Shown here one piece after another: positions 1 through 7,760 of a DNA stretch of 47,151 nucleotides (positions are counted from its first letter, which is position 1; every line of letters starts with the position of its first letter). Made by a program: the position numbers and the translations under genes. Origin of the DNA: Archangiaceae bacterium (lineage in GTDB: Bacteria > Myxococcota > Myxococcia > Myxococcales > Myxococcaceae). Under the pieces are notes generated by a model. That model worked only from the letters and a program-made list of their open reading frames with translations, had not been told where the DNA came from and searched no databases. The stretch spans positions 1-47,151 of the forward strand of contig JAYVCD010000019.1 of the NCBI GenBank assembly GCA_043750125.1, in the 5' to 3' direction.

Positions 1-100
1 AAAGGACAAGAACTCAAGAAGCGGTAGTCTGATTGTTCAACTTGGGGTGGATCAGTTTCACGCCGCCCAGGTGGATCAGTTTCAGAGCGGCCGGATCACA
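1..100 (+). mobile_element. Probable right end of an IS21-family insertion sequence (3' end of an ORF at 1-27, then terminal repeats)
   Basis: An ORF tail ...KGQELKKR ends with TAG at 27. The exact 15-bp repeat GGTGGATCAGTTTCA occurs at 46-60 and 70-84 (24-bp period), and the segment ends in CA at ~98-100. Reiterated subterminal repeats plus terminal CA are typical of IS21 ends. Confidence 0.65.
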
Positions 101-213
101 GGTAGGCATCGTGGGCGCTGAACAGCACGCAATTGTCGCAGCGCGAAGAGCAGATCTCCTCCGGGAAATTCCATGTGGTTGATGACATCGACCAACAGAA
201 GCGCCGAACGCAT
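99..213 (-). pseudogene. Isochorismatase/cysteine hydrolase family pseudogene (internally deleted, 3'-truncated)
   Basis: ATG at 213 gives MRSALLLVDVINHMEFPGGDLL (family N-terminal motif). Immediately after, another frame gives CDNCVLFSAHDAYL (catalytic Cys region). The remnant stops at the IS end. Confidence 0.7.
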
Positions 214-252
214 TCCTGAATCTGACGTAGCAACCATGCCAGTCTCGCCCAA

Positions 253-513
253 ATGGCCAAGCGATCGTCGAAGCCGAAGCAAAAGGTGAAGTCGGCAGTG
301 AAAAAGAAAACGCCTGTGAGAACGAAGCGGAAAGCGGCTGCCGTTCCGAAGCGAAAGAAGATCAAGAAGGCGAGCGTGCGCAAAAGTCCGAAGCAGCGGC
401 GGCCGGTGGTCGTACTGACCCCCCGGCCTCCCCCTCCGCCTGCCGATGCGTTCGATGATCCAACCGAAGAAGTGTCCGAAGAGGACATCGTCGCCGTCAT
501 TGAACGGCGCTGA
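253..513 (+). CDS. Small Lys/Arg-rich protein with poly-Pro hinge and acidic tail (histone-like composition)
   Basis: 86-aa ORF with a very basic N-terminal ~50 aa, then PPPPP, then DAFDDPTEEVSEED. Confidence 0.6.
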   Translation: MAKRSSKPKQKVKSAVKKKTPVRTKRKAAAVPKRKKIKKASVRKSPKQRRPVVVLTPRPPPPPADAFDDPTEEVSEEDIVAVIERR

Positions 514-543
514 GCGCGACCGCCCGGCAATTTTCAGTGCTGT

Positions 544-774
544 TTACTGTCTGGGTCGCTTTCGATCCGGGTTGGCCACGACGCCGAGCTTAAGAGCTTC
601 GCGATTGGAGGAATGCCCAAGGTCAATGAGTGGGTGTTTTTCCACCGGAGTTCGACCATCTCGTCCCGACCCACGGACAGATCGTGTCGAACAACGCGCG
701 CACCACCTTTCTCCAGGCACTCGAGGCGCGCGGAATCCGAGTTTGAGTCCGTCGTTCTTCAGCGTTTCATTCAT
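544..774 (-). CDS. Possible small hypothetical protein
   Basis: ATGA overlap with the stop of the upstream gene (771-774). No recognisable motif. Confidence 0.25.
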   Translation of the reverse strand: MNETLKNDGLKLGFRAPRVPGERWCARCSTRSVRGSGRDGRTPVEKHPLIDLGHSSNREALKLGVVANPDRKRPRQ

Positions 775-1478
775 TGCCCGCTGACGACGGGGCCGGGAAT
801 CTTCCGCAACCGCTCTTCAGCCGCGCGCAGGGTCTCGAGCAGATCAATGCGGGTCTCGAGCCGGGAACGAATGGGCACGTCGAACTCAGGCAGCTGAACG
901 ATCACTTCTTCCTTCAGGTGCACCGGAAGCCCGGCCGACCTCACCCGAATCTTTCCGAAGACGGGCAACATCAAGTCGATGGGCAACTGGGCGCGAATGG
1001 GGATCTTGATCGTTCCCAGACCAAACACCGAGGTCTCGACCACCGTGTCCAGCGGAAGCACGGTGCGAATGGGCACCATCGTCTCGATCTCGAGCAGCTC
1101 GTCCACCGCGATTCGGGTGTCGAGCTCGATCGGAACCCGCAAGGGCTGACTGACCTTCACCGGCACGCGAACGTCGATGTCGACGAGCACCGGAATCTGC
1201 CGATTCGCAAGCAGGCCCGCGACGAGCTCACGCACCTTTTGAACCTCGATTCCCGCGTGGCTCGCCCGTCGCCAGGTGGCCACGGCCAACACCGGAACGC
1301 CCCAGACCAGCACCACCGGAACGAGCAATACCTTGCGCCAGTCGAACGCGGCCAACCCCGCCAGCCCCGACTGACCGATGGTCAACGGATCCGAGAGCAA
1401 CAGTCCGGCAATGCACAACAACCCAACGACGACATGCACCGCAAAAACAATTCTCAAGACCAGGCGCAAGCGGCTCAT
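771..1478 (-). CDS. Hypothetical membrane protein with two N-terminal TM segments and a beta-rich V/I-P repeat region
   Basis: 235-aa ORF with a hydrophobic N-terminus and repeated xVPI/LPI motifs. Confidence 0.75.
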   Translation of the reverse strand: MSRLRLVLRIVFAVHVVVGLLCIAGLLLSDPLTIGQSGLAGLAAFDWRKVLLVPVVLVWGVPVLAVATWRRASHAGIEVQKVRELVAGLLANRQIPVLVDIDVRVPVKVSQPLRVPIELDTRIAVDELLEIETMVPIRTVLPLDTVVETSVFGLGTIKIPIRAQLPIDLMLPVFGKIRVRSAGLPVHLKEEVIVQLPEFDVPIRSRLETRIDLLETLRAAEERLRKIPGPVVSGQ

Positions 1479-1566
1479 CGGAAAACCTCTACCACGCCGC
1501 GCGCAGACCCACGGAAAACGGCCCCGGACTTTGCAGAACGGGGCCGCTTTCGAATCGTCCGATGCC

Positions 1567-1854
1567 TTATTCCGTGATTCGGTCCGACCCCATCACCTTC
1601 ACGATCTTGTTGTAGAGCCCGAGGATCAGCAGCGTCGGGGCCCACATTCCGATGAACTGGGCCGTCGGAGCGCGGGTCGGCTGCACCATCTGGCTCATCT
1701 TGTTGCCTCGCATTCCGATCACCTGAAAGACCAGCGAGCCGACAATCGACGCGCCCGCCGCCCAGAGGAAAATGTCCGACGGGAGCTTCGAGGTCTGCTT
1801 CTCGATCGCGCGCGCCACGGGGCCCTCGTGCTTGGAAGCAAAGTCGTTCGGCAT
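1567..1854 (-). CDS. Conserved small membrane protein
   Basis: Motifs EGPVARAIEKQTSKLPSDIFLWAA and FIGMWAPTLLILGLYNKIVK match a small-protein family I recall as widespread and uncharacterised. Confidence 0.85.
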   Translation of the reverse strand: MPNDFASKHEGPVARAIEKQTSKLPSDIFLWAAGASIVGSLVFQVIGMRGNKMSQMVQPTRAPTAQFIGMWAPTLLILGLYNKIVKVMGSDRITE

Positions 1855-1962
1855 TTCGGTCCCGCGGTTCAGGATGCATTCCTCAGACCAGTTTCTTCAG
1901 CTTGGGCGCGCTGGAAACACGCTCAAAAACGCGCAAAGTCCGCGCGCATCCCATTGGGTCCC

Positions 1963-2038
1963 AGGTGAGTCACCTTTCCCCTGTGGCAGGTTGGCAGGCC
2001 TGCGAAAAAACAGAGTTCCCCAGGGGCATGAGCCTTGC
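1963..2038 (+). promoter_or_regulatory. Sigma54 (-24/-12) promoter with upstream palindrome
   Basis: GG-CATGAGCCTT-GC at 2025-2038 (GG-N10-GC with TTGC). Palindrome AGGTGA-G-TCACCT at 1963-1975. AAGGAG SD before ATG 2075. Confidence 0.6.
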
Positions 2039-2074
2039 CTCATTGAGGCCTGACGTTCTTCGAAGGAGCACCCA

Positions 2075-3538
2075 ATGGCGCACATCACTTCCGACGACGT
2101 TGTCCCCGCCTTGCGAACCAACCTCGCCTTCACCCATCTGCCGCAGGGTCTGGGTACGGACTTCGTCAGCGTAAAGAACGTCTCCAACGGCGAGGAGTTT
2201 CGGCTGCGGGGGTTCGAATACTCACTGGCGCGGATGCTCGATGGCCGCCGGACCGCCGCCCAGGTGGTCGAAGCGGCCCAGCAGGTCGGCCTGCCCGTCA
2301 CGCTCAGCGACCTCGAGGCCTTCGTCCACAAGCTGAATGTGCGCCACCTCGTCAGCCCCACTCCCACCGCCCCGGACCCCGACGATCTGGCCTCATTCGA
2401 AGGGCGCGCCAACTGGGACGAGCAGACCCGCAAGCTGTATCGAACTGCGCTGCGAGAAGGGCGCAACGGCAACCTCAACCGCGCCCTGGTCAGCCTCGAT
2501 TGCTTGCTGAACGAACGACCGGACAATGAGGAAGCGCGGCACCTGCGCCAGAAGCTCGAGAAGCGGCAACGGGCCGCGGAAGCAGCTGCGCCGTTTCGCA
2601 ACGTGTTCGCCCAGGCCGAACGCGATTGGAAGGAGGACGAAACGGCCACGGTCGAGTTGCCGGCCACGCGACGCCGAGTGGGCTTGCGGGTCGCAGCGGC
2701 GGCGCTCACTCTGGGCGCGCTGGCGATCGCCGCGAGCCTGGTGCCTTTTCCGCATCAGGTAACCCGGCAGGCAACGCTCTTTCCGGTGGCCTCGGCTCGG
2801 GTCGCAGCCCCGCGCACCGGCAAGGTGGCCACCGTCCCGGTCGAGGTTGGGCAGTGGGTCGACAAAGGAACGGTGCTCTACACCTACGACGCCACCGATC
2901 AGCTTCATCAGCTCGAAGGTGCCGTCGCCCGGCTCGACGCGCTCAACCGCACGGTCTACGCGCATCTTCCTCCGACGAAGGCGGTTCATCACGCTCGGTT
3001 GCGATTGCTGCAGGCCGAGGCCCGGCTCGCCACAGCGCAATCCAGAAGCGAGAAGCAGCCCACGAGTGAAGGCTCGAACGAGGCGGTCAACTGGGCCCTC
3101 AAAGAGAGCGTCGATGCGCGCGAGGCTCTGGATGCGCTGGTCCCGCAAGAGCAGCAGGACGCAGTGCGCGCTCAACGAATGGAAGTGCAGATGCTGGAGG
3201 CGCAGCTGCTCGACAACGAGGTCAAAGCGCCGATCAGCGGAGTGATCTCGATGCTCGGTGTTCAGCCGGAAAGCGACCTGGTGAAGGGAATGGGCTCGGC
3301 CCAAATCGACGACACCCGGCAGCTGAAGGCGATCACGATGGTCGAGCCGCGTGACCTGCGGGGGCTGGCGGCGGGCCAGCCGGTGCTGCTGTTGTCCAAC
3401 GGCCGGGCGACGAACACCACCATCGCCAGCACCTCGGGGCGCACGGTCGAAATCCGGGTCGACAACGAGGCGAGGCTGTTCGAGCCCGGGACGGCGGAAG
3501 TTCAGATTCGCGGCCGGCCCGTTCCTCTCATCCGGTAG
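2075..3538 (+). CDS. HlyD/membrane-fusion-family periplasmic adaptor with N-terminal PqqD-like and TPR-like extension
   Basis: Lipoyl half-motifs (VAAPRTGKVATVPVEVGQWVDKGTVL and VKAPISGVI) flank a coiled coil. One TM. N-terminal LDGRRT winged-helix-like segment. Confidence 0.8.
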   Translation: MAHITSDDVVPALRTNLAFTHLPQGLGTDFVSVKNVSNGEEFRLRGFEYSLARMLDGRRTAAQVVEAAQQVGLPVTLSDLEAFVHKLNVRHLVSPTPTAPDPDDLASFEGRANWDEQTRKLYRTALREGRNGNLNRALVSLDCLLNERPDNEEARHLRQKLEKRQRAAEAAAPFRNVFAQAERDWKEDETATVELPATRRRVGLRVAAAALTLGALAIAASLVPFPHQVTRQATLFPVASARVAAPRTGKVATVPVEVGQWVDKGTVLYTYDATDQLHQLEGAVARLDALNRTVYAHLPPTKAVHHARLRLLQAEARLATAQSRSEKQPTSEGSNEAVNWALKESVDAREALDALVPQEQQDAVRAQRMEVQMLEAQLLDNEVKAPISGVISMLGVQPESDLVKGMGSAQIDDTRQLKAITMVEPRDLRGLAAGQPVLLLSNGRATNTTIASTSGRTVEIRVDNEARLFEPGTAEVQIRGRPVPLIR

Positions 3539-3549
3539 GCGGAAAAGCA

Positions 3550-4602
3550 CTATCGAAGCAGGCGATCTGCATTGCCGGAATAGACGTCGCGCAAGACGTC
3601 GGCAGGCAGGCCGATGCCGTCGATCTTCCAATTGCCCTGAATCGGAGTCGGGTGATCGAACTGCAGATCGCGCGTCTCGAAGTAACGCCAGGTCGCGCTG
3701 AAGAAGCGCTCGATGTCGGCGGCGATGGGAGCAAAACGCCCGGGGGACCCGAGCATCAGGGACGAAGGCTCCTTTCCAACTCCGAGGTCCGTTCCGAACA
3801 AGATCCGGTCGTGATGTTTCACGAACAGAGCGCGCATTTTTTCCGCAGGATAACGCCCCAATTCCGGCGCGCGCGCGGCGGTGTCGACGTAGAGGTTCGG
3901 GTAGGTGTCCAGCAGGGCCTCGACGCGTTCGGGAAACTCGGGCGCATTGCCAAAGTGAACTGAGATGAACGTCGTCTTCGGATGCCGCGCGATTCGACGG
4001 GTGAGGGCGGTGAAGAGGGCTTCCCAGCTGGGAACGGGCTTTCCCGCATAAGACCAGTGGGGGTGCACCGACAGCTCGTCGAAGCGTTCGTTCGCGGGTG
4101 TCACCGGTTCCCAGAACGCGACCGGGTCGCCGACATGAATCGCGACCGGCAAGTGCAATTGCCCCGCGGTCTCGAAGACCACGTCCAGTCGCGGATCATC
4201 GACGGCGATCAACGCTCCGGTGCTGTCGCGGTAGATCAGCCCCAGGCCCTTGGTGATTTTCAGGCCCCGGGCGCCCAGCCGCTGGGCTTCCCGAAGCTGC
4301 AGGGCCAGCGCCGGGCCGAAGTCTTCCTGCTTCGTGGCGAGGCTCCAGTCGAGGTTGGCAAAGACGATCATCCGCCCGGGAAAGCGAGCGGCGGTGGCCA
4401 GCTGCTCCTCGAGGCCTCCGCCGGGAAATCCCCCCGACAGATCCACGCAGGCCTCGACTCCATGGTCGGCGAGCAACTTCATCGCGCGATCCGCGGCTTC
4501 GGGACCAAAGTGGGTATGGACGTCCACCTTGCGGTACCGCTGCGGTCGGGCGCTGGGACAACTGCAGCTGGACAAGACGAGGACGAGCGCAGCCCACTTC
4601 AT
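3550..4602 (-). CDS. Amidohydrolase_2 family metal-dependent hydrolase, probable lipoprotein
   Basis: DVHTH, GLKI, PVAIHVGD, VHFGN, DRILFGTD and YSGNA motifs. Lipobox LSSC. Confidence 0.9.
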   Translation of the reverse strand: MKWAALVLVLSSCSCPSARPQRYRKVDVHTHFGPEAADRAMKLLADHGVEACVDLSGGFPGGGLEEQLATAARFPGRMIVFANLDWSLATKQEDFGPALALQLREAQRLGARGLKITKGLGLIYRDSTGALIAVDDPRLDVVFETAGQLHLPVAIHVGDPVAFWEPVTPANERFDELSVHPHWSYAGKPVPSWEALFTALTRRIARHPKTTFISVHFGNAPEFPERVEALLDTYPNLYVDTAARAPELGRYPAEKMRALFVKHHDRILFGTDLGVGKEPSSLMLGSPGRFAPIAADIERFFSATWRYFETRDLQFDHPTPIQGNWKIDGIGLPADVLRDVYSGNADRLLR

Positions 4603-4636
4603 GGCTGAACGTCTACTCCATGGTAAGCGCGAGAGC

Positions 4637-5674
4637 TTGCGGCTCGATCTCCATCGGCATCTGGAAGGCTCTCACTCGGCGGTGGCGTTGGCGGCCGTCG
4701 CCGAGGCGTATGGCATCACCGACCCGCTCTTCTTCGATGCGGCCACCCGGCGCTACCGGAAGCCGGCCCAGCTGGCGAGCGCGCTGACGATGGCCGGCCC
4801 GTCCGACGACCCGACCCCTTTTTACGAGTGCATCAAGAAGGCGCGCGCGGCCTACGTCAGCGAAGAGGCCATCGGGGAACTGTCGCGGTTGACCTTCCTC
4901 GAGGCGGCCGACGATTGCGATGGTTTCGAAATGCGGGTCAGCCTCTTTTCGATGACCCGCACCCTGCTCGAGAACGAGCGCAAGTCCTGGCGCGAGGTTC
5001 CTCCGCTTCAATTCGCCGAGCGCGCGCGCAAGCTGTTGTTGGTCGTCCTCGCCGCGCGCGACAGCGCCGTGAATCTCACCCGGAAGCCGATGCTGGTGCG
5101 GGTGGGGTTCTCACGGACCTTCGAGAGCGAGCCGCATTACCGCGCGCTGGCCGCCGTGCTCCCCGAGCACCGAAGTGCGCTGTCGGGCCTCGACGTCCTG
5201 GGGATCGTCACCGGCGCCGACACCGAGCCGATGCCCAGGCCGTTGGCTGAGATCCTCGAGGGCCTGCGCAAATTTCTTCCCGACCTCACCATTCACGCCG
5301 GAGAATTCGCAGACCACCACTCGGTCGATCGCACCCTCGAGCTTCAACCCAACGCCATCGGCCACGGGGTCCACTCGATCGAAAGCGACGCAACGCTCGC
5401 CCGGCTCTCGGCCGAAGGCCTCACCCTCGAGGTCTGCCCCACCAGCAACCTGATGCTGATTCCCACTGCGCTCGCGCGACTGCAGCAGCGCGCCGGCTCG
5501 ACGCCCCTGCGCGCGCTTCAATTGGCAAATGTCCATTGTGTGCTCGGCAGCGATGATCCGGCGACGATGGGCACCTGCTTCACCCACGAATGGGAACTGG
5601 CTCAGCGACTGGGCGTCGACCTGGCTCAGCTCGAAGCGGACACGATGCGAAGGTGGAACCAACTGCAGGGGTAG
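4637..5674 (+). CDS. Adenosine/adenine deaminase-like amidohydrolase (start TTG 4637, or ATG 4601)
   Basis: DLHRHLEGS, TIHAGE, IGHG, LEVCPTSN and GSDDP motifs. Confidence 0.85.
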   Translation: MRLDLHRHLEGSHSAVALAAVAEAYGITDPLFFDAATRRYRKPAQLASALTMAGPSDDPTPFYECIKKARAAYVSEEAIGELSRLTFLEAADDCDGFEMRVSLFSMTRTLLENERKSWREVPPLQFAERARKLLLVVLAARDSAVNLTRKPMLVRVGFSRTFESEPHYRALAAVLPEHRSALSGLDVLGIVTGADTEPMPRPLAEILEGLRKFLPDLTIHAGEFADHHSVDRTLELQPNAIGHGVHSIESDATLARLSAEGLTLEVCPTSNLMLIPTALARLQQRAGSTPLRALQLANVHCVLGSDDPATMGTCFTHEWELAQRLGVDLAQLEADTMRRWNQLQG

Positions 5675-5726
5675 TCCCCACCGCCAATTCAGGCCAATGG
5701 GTCCTACCCTCGTCCGCGGATCGCAC

Positions 5727-5963
5727 CTACTGACCGTCTTTCAGCAGCGGCAGGTCCAGAATCGGCGCCGCCGTCGTCAACGAGCCCACCATTCTTCCCA
5801 GCAACGCCCCCGCGAGCGCGCTGCTGCTGCCCTCTGAACCCGTGACCGATACGTCCGGGACCAGCTTCACTCCGTGCCGCCCGAGAATTCCGGCCAACTG
5901 CACGGCGGTGAACGCCTCCGACCCCATCGACTTCACTCCGGCCTCATACGCTTCTGCGAAAGT
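5727..5963 (-). pseudogene. C-terminal remnant of an SPFH/flotillin-like protein
   Basis: AEAYEAGVKSMG...FTAVQLAGILG..VKLVPDVSVTG...LAGALLG resembles the C-terminus of bacterial flotillin-like proteins. No 5' part is present. Confidence 0.55.
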
Positions 5964-5990
5964 TCTACGCCGAAGACGAGGGCAATACCC

Positions 5991-6170
5991 GGGCACGGCT
6001 TGAGGGCTGAGCTCGAAGCGCTCGAACGACTCGCCTTGACCGAAGCGCTCAGGCGCAGCGGTGGCAACTCGGCGGAAGCGGCCCGGATGCTCGGGGAAGT
6101 GGGGCGGGGGAAAGCCCGGGATCCCGGAGGGACCGTCCGGACGATGATCAAGCGGCTGGGGATCGTCTAG
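5991..6170 (+). pseudogene. C-terminal Fis-type HTH remnant of a sigma54-dependent activator
   Basis: LRAELEALERLALTEALRRSGGNSAEAARMLG...IKRLGI. The AAA+ domain is absent. Confidence 0.7.
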
Positions 6171-6519
6171 GGCCGGTGCCTCGGCTTCGCAGCGATCGCG
6201 CGTACCCGAGGTGCAACTTCAAATCGAGGGGGTCGAGGGCGAGAGCGCGTTCGAAGTTCTCGACCGCTTCCTGGTTTTGGCCCCGCTGGGCGAGCACCCG
6301 GGCCACCTCGACAAACGACGATGGGACGCGGGGCGCATGAGGGACGCGAGACAAGTAGCGCCGGCGTGCGGTCTCGAGATCGGTGACCGTCAGCCCGGCC
6401 TGAATGCAGCGGGCGACGCCTTGAAAGTTGCTTCGTGAGGCATCGTACTCGGCCCGCTGCACCGGGTTTCCCAGCACGCTGACGGCCTGATTCACCCGTT
6501 CGATTGCCGGCTGGACCTG
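6148..6519 (-). pseudogene. C-terminal DnaJ-helix + TPR remnant, probably the tail of a larger signalling protein
   Basis: NQAVSVLGNPVQRAEYDA (end of a J-domain) and EAVENFERALALDP (TPR). The frame closes upstream at 6520-6522. Confidence 0.6.
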
Positions 6520-6589
6520 TCACCAGCGGAGTCTGAGCCCACCCCGATCACCGGAATCACAGGGGACCAGGGGACCACCCGGTGAGCTC

Positions 6590-7259
6590 GGGGCGTTATG
6601 CCGACCGCAGCGTTATGCGGAGCTGAGCGCCCCCACCACTTCGCCTGACGGGCACTTCCCCTCGGAGGGCGTCGACCACAGGCTCGGCCCGCCCTTGCCC
6701 AGCTCCGCATAATCGTGAGCCTCCTTCGCTGCCCGCCGTGCCGGCGGAATCAAAGGAGACGACATGATCAGCGACTACTTCGAAAGACCCTGGCTGCTTG
6801 AGCAGATGCGCGCGAGTTGCGTTGGGCCGTACATTGATGGCTTCACCAGCGCGCTCGCCGAGTTCGGTTACTGCGCGGAGGCGATCCGCAAATACGCCCG
6901 CACCGCCATCCACTTCGGACGCTGGGCTGATCGCCGCGGCTACAGCCTCGAGTTGTGGGACGACGACGGCATCGCAAGGTTCCGGCGGCATCTCTCGCGC
7001 TGCAGGTGCATGCGAAACAAGGGCGTGTTCAGTTTTGGCATCAGCGCGGTCGAGAAGTTCCTCACCTACCTGCGACAGAAGGGGGTGATAGCTCCGGCAA
7101 AACCGATGCCCGTTGCCCAATTCGCGGCCATCTCGGAGCAATTTTCAGAATGGATGCTCCAGCACCGTGGGGTCACGCAGAGCACAGCGCATCTCTATCA
7201 GTCCGTCCTGCGGCCGTTCCTCGCCGCGCTGGGGGAGGCTGCGGTCGGCATAACGCCCC
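6590..7259 (+). mobile_element. Internally deleted RIT (recombinase-in-trio)-like element bounded by 22-bp perfect inverted repeats
   Basis: GGGGCGTTATGCCGACCGCAGC (6590-6611) and its exact reverse complement (7238-7259). TTATGCCG-type motifs. Encloses a truncated RitA-like ORF. Confidence 0.75.
6764..7237 (+). pseudogene. Truncated RitA-like tyrosine recombinase (N-terminal domains only)
   Basis: AAAGGAG SD. GPYIDGF..L...GY, RFRRHLSRCRC, FLTYLRQKGVI and F.EWM..HRG...T...Y motifs. No catalytic domain. The frame runs straight into the right IR. Confidence 0.75.
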
Positions 7260-7419
7260 CTTATGTGGTGCTCCGCATAAGAGATGGTTCTCCGCCCGAT
7301 CCGACAGCGCAAGTGCCGCGCAGGGACGACCTGCTCGTCGATGACGGCAGTGGGCGGGCTGACTCTTCCCGGTTGAGTGCGGTGGTGGTGGCGCGGGCCG
7401 GCGGTGGTCGTCCCTGGCT

Positions 7420-7652
7420 CTACAGCAGAGACAGTTGGCGGCAGTCGTAGGCGCCGCGATCGATGCGACGCAGATGGCCGTGGAAACCGGGGATGAAGAA
7501 GGCTTCCCGTTTCGGCCTCGGCCGAAGCAGTCGCAGCCGCTCTCTGACGACGGTGATGCCGCGCATGGCTGGTGCCCGGATGTCCGCGCAGTCGTCGAGC
7601 GTCTTGCGAATTTCCTCGTCATACGGCGCGAGGATCAGCTCCTCAGGCCGCG
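7420..7652 (-). pseudogene. Start-less coding-like remnant ending in QLSLL
   Basis: Open frame PRPEELILAPYDEEIRKTLDDCADIRAPAMRG...GAYDCRQLSLL-TAG (7422-7420). Not in the ORF track. Confidence 0.35.
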
Positions 7653-7760
7653 GACTTCGGCGCAGAGTGTGGTTTCGGGACCCACGGGTCGCAGGACTTC
7701 AGCTCGCGACCCGACGGAGCGCTTGCGGTGCAGACGAGTCGCGTGGTGGAATCTGGGCCC

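Noticed and set aside
46-84. 15-bp direct repeat as a mini CRISPR or iteron
   Set aside because: Only two copies with a 9-bp spacer and no cas or rep genes. It fits an IS terminus better.
4250-4603. Long head-to-head overlap of the deaminase with the amidohydrolase
   Set aside because: The first motif (DLHRH) starts after 4637, so the upstream extension is antisense shadow.
6764-7450. 228-aa ORF as an intact integrase
   Set aside because: No catalytic R-H-R-H-Y domain. The last ~70 codons are read-through across the IR.
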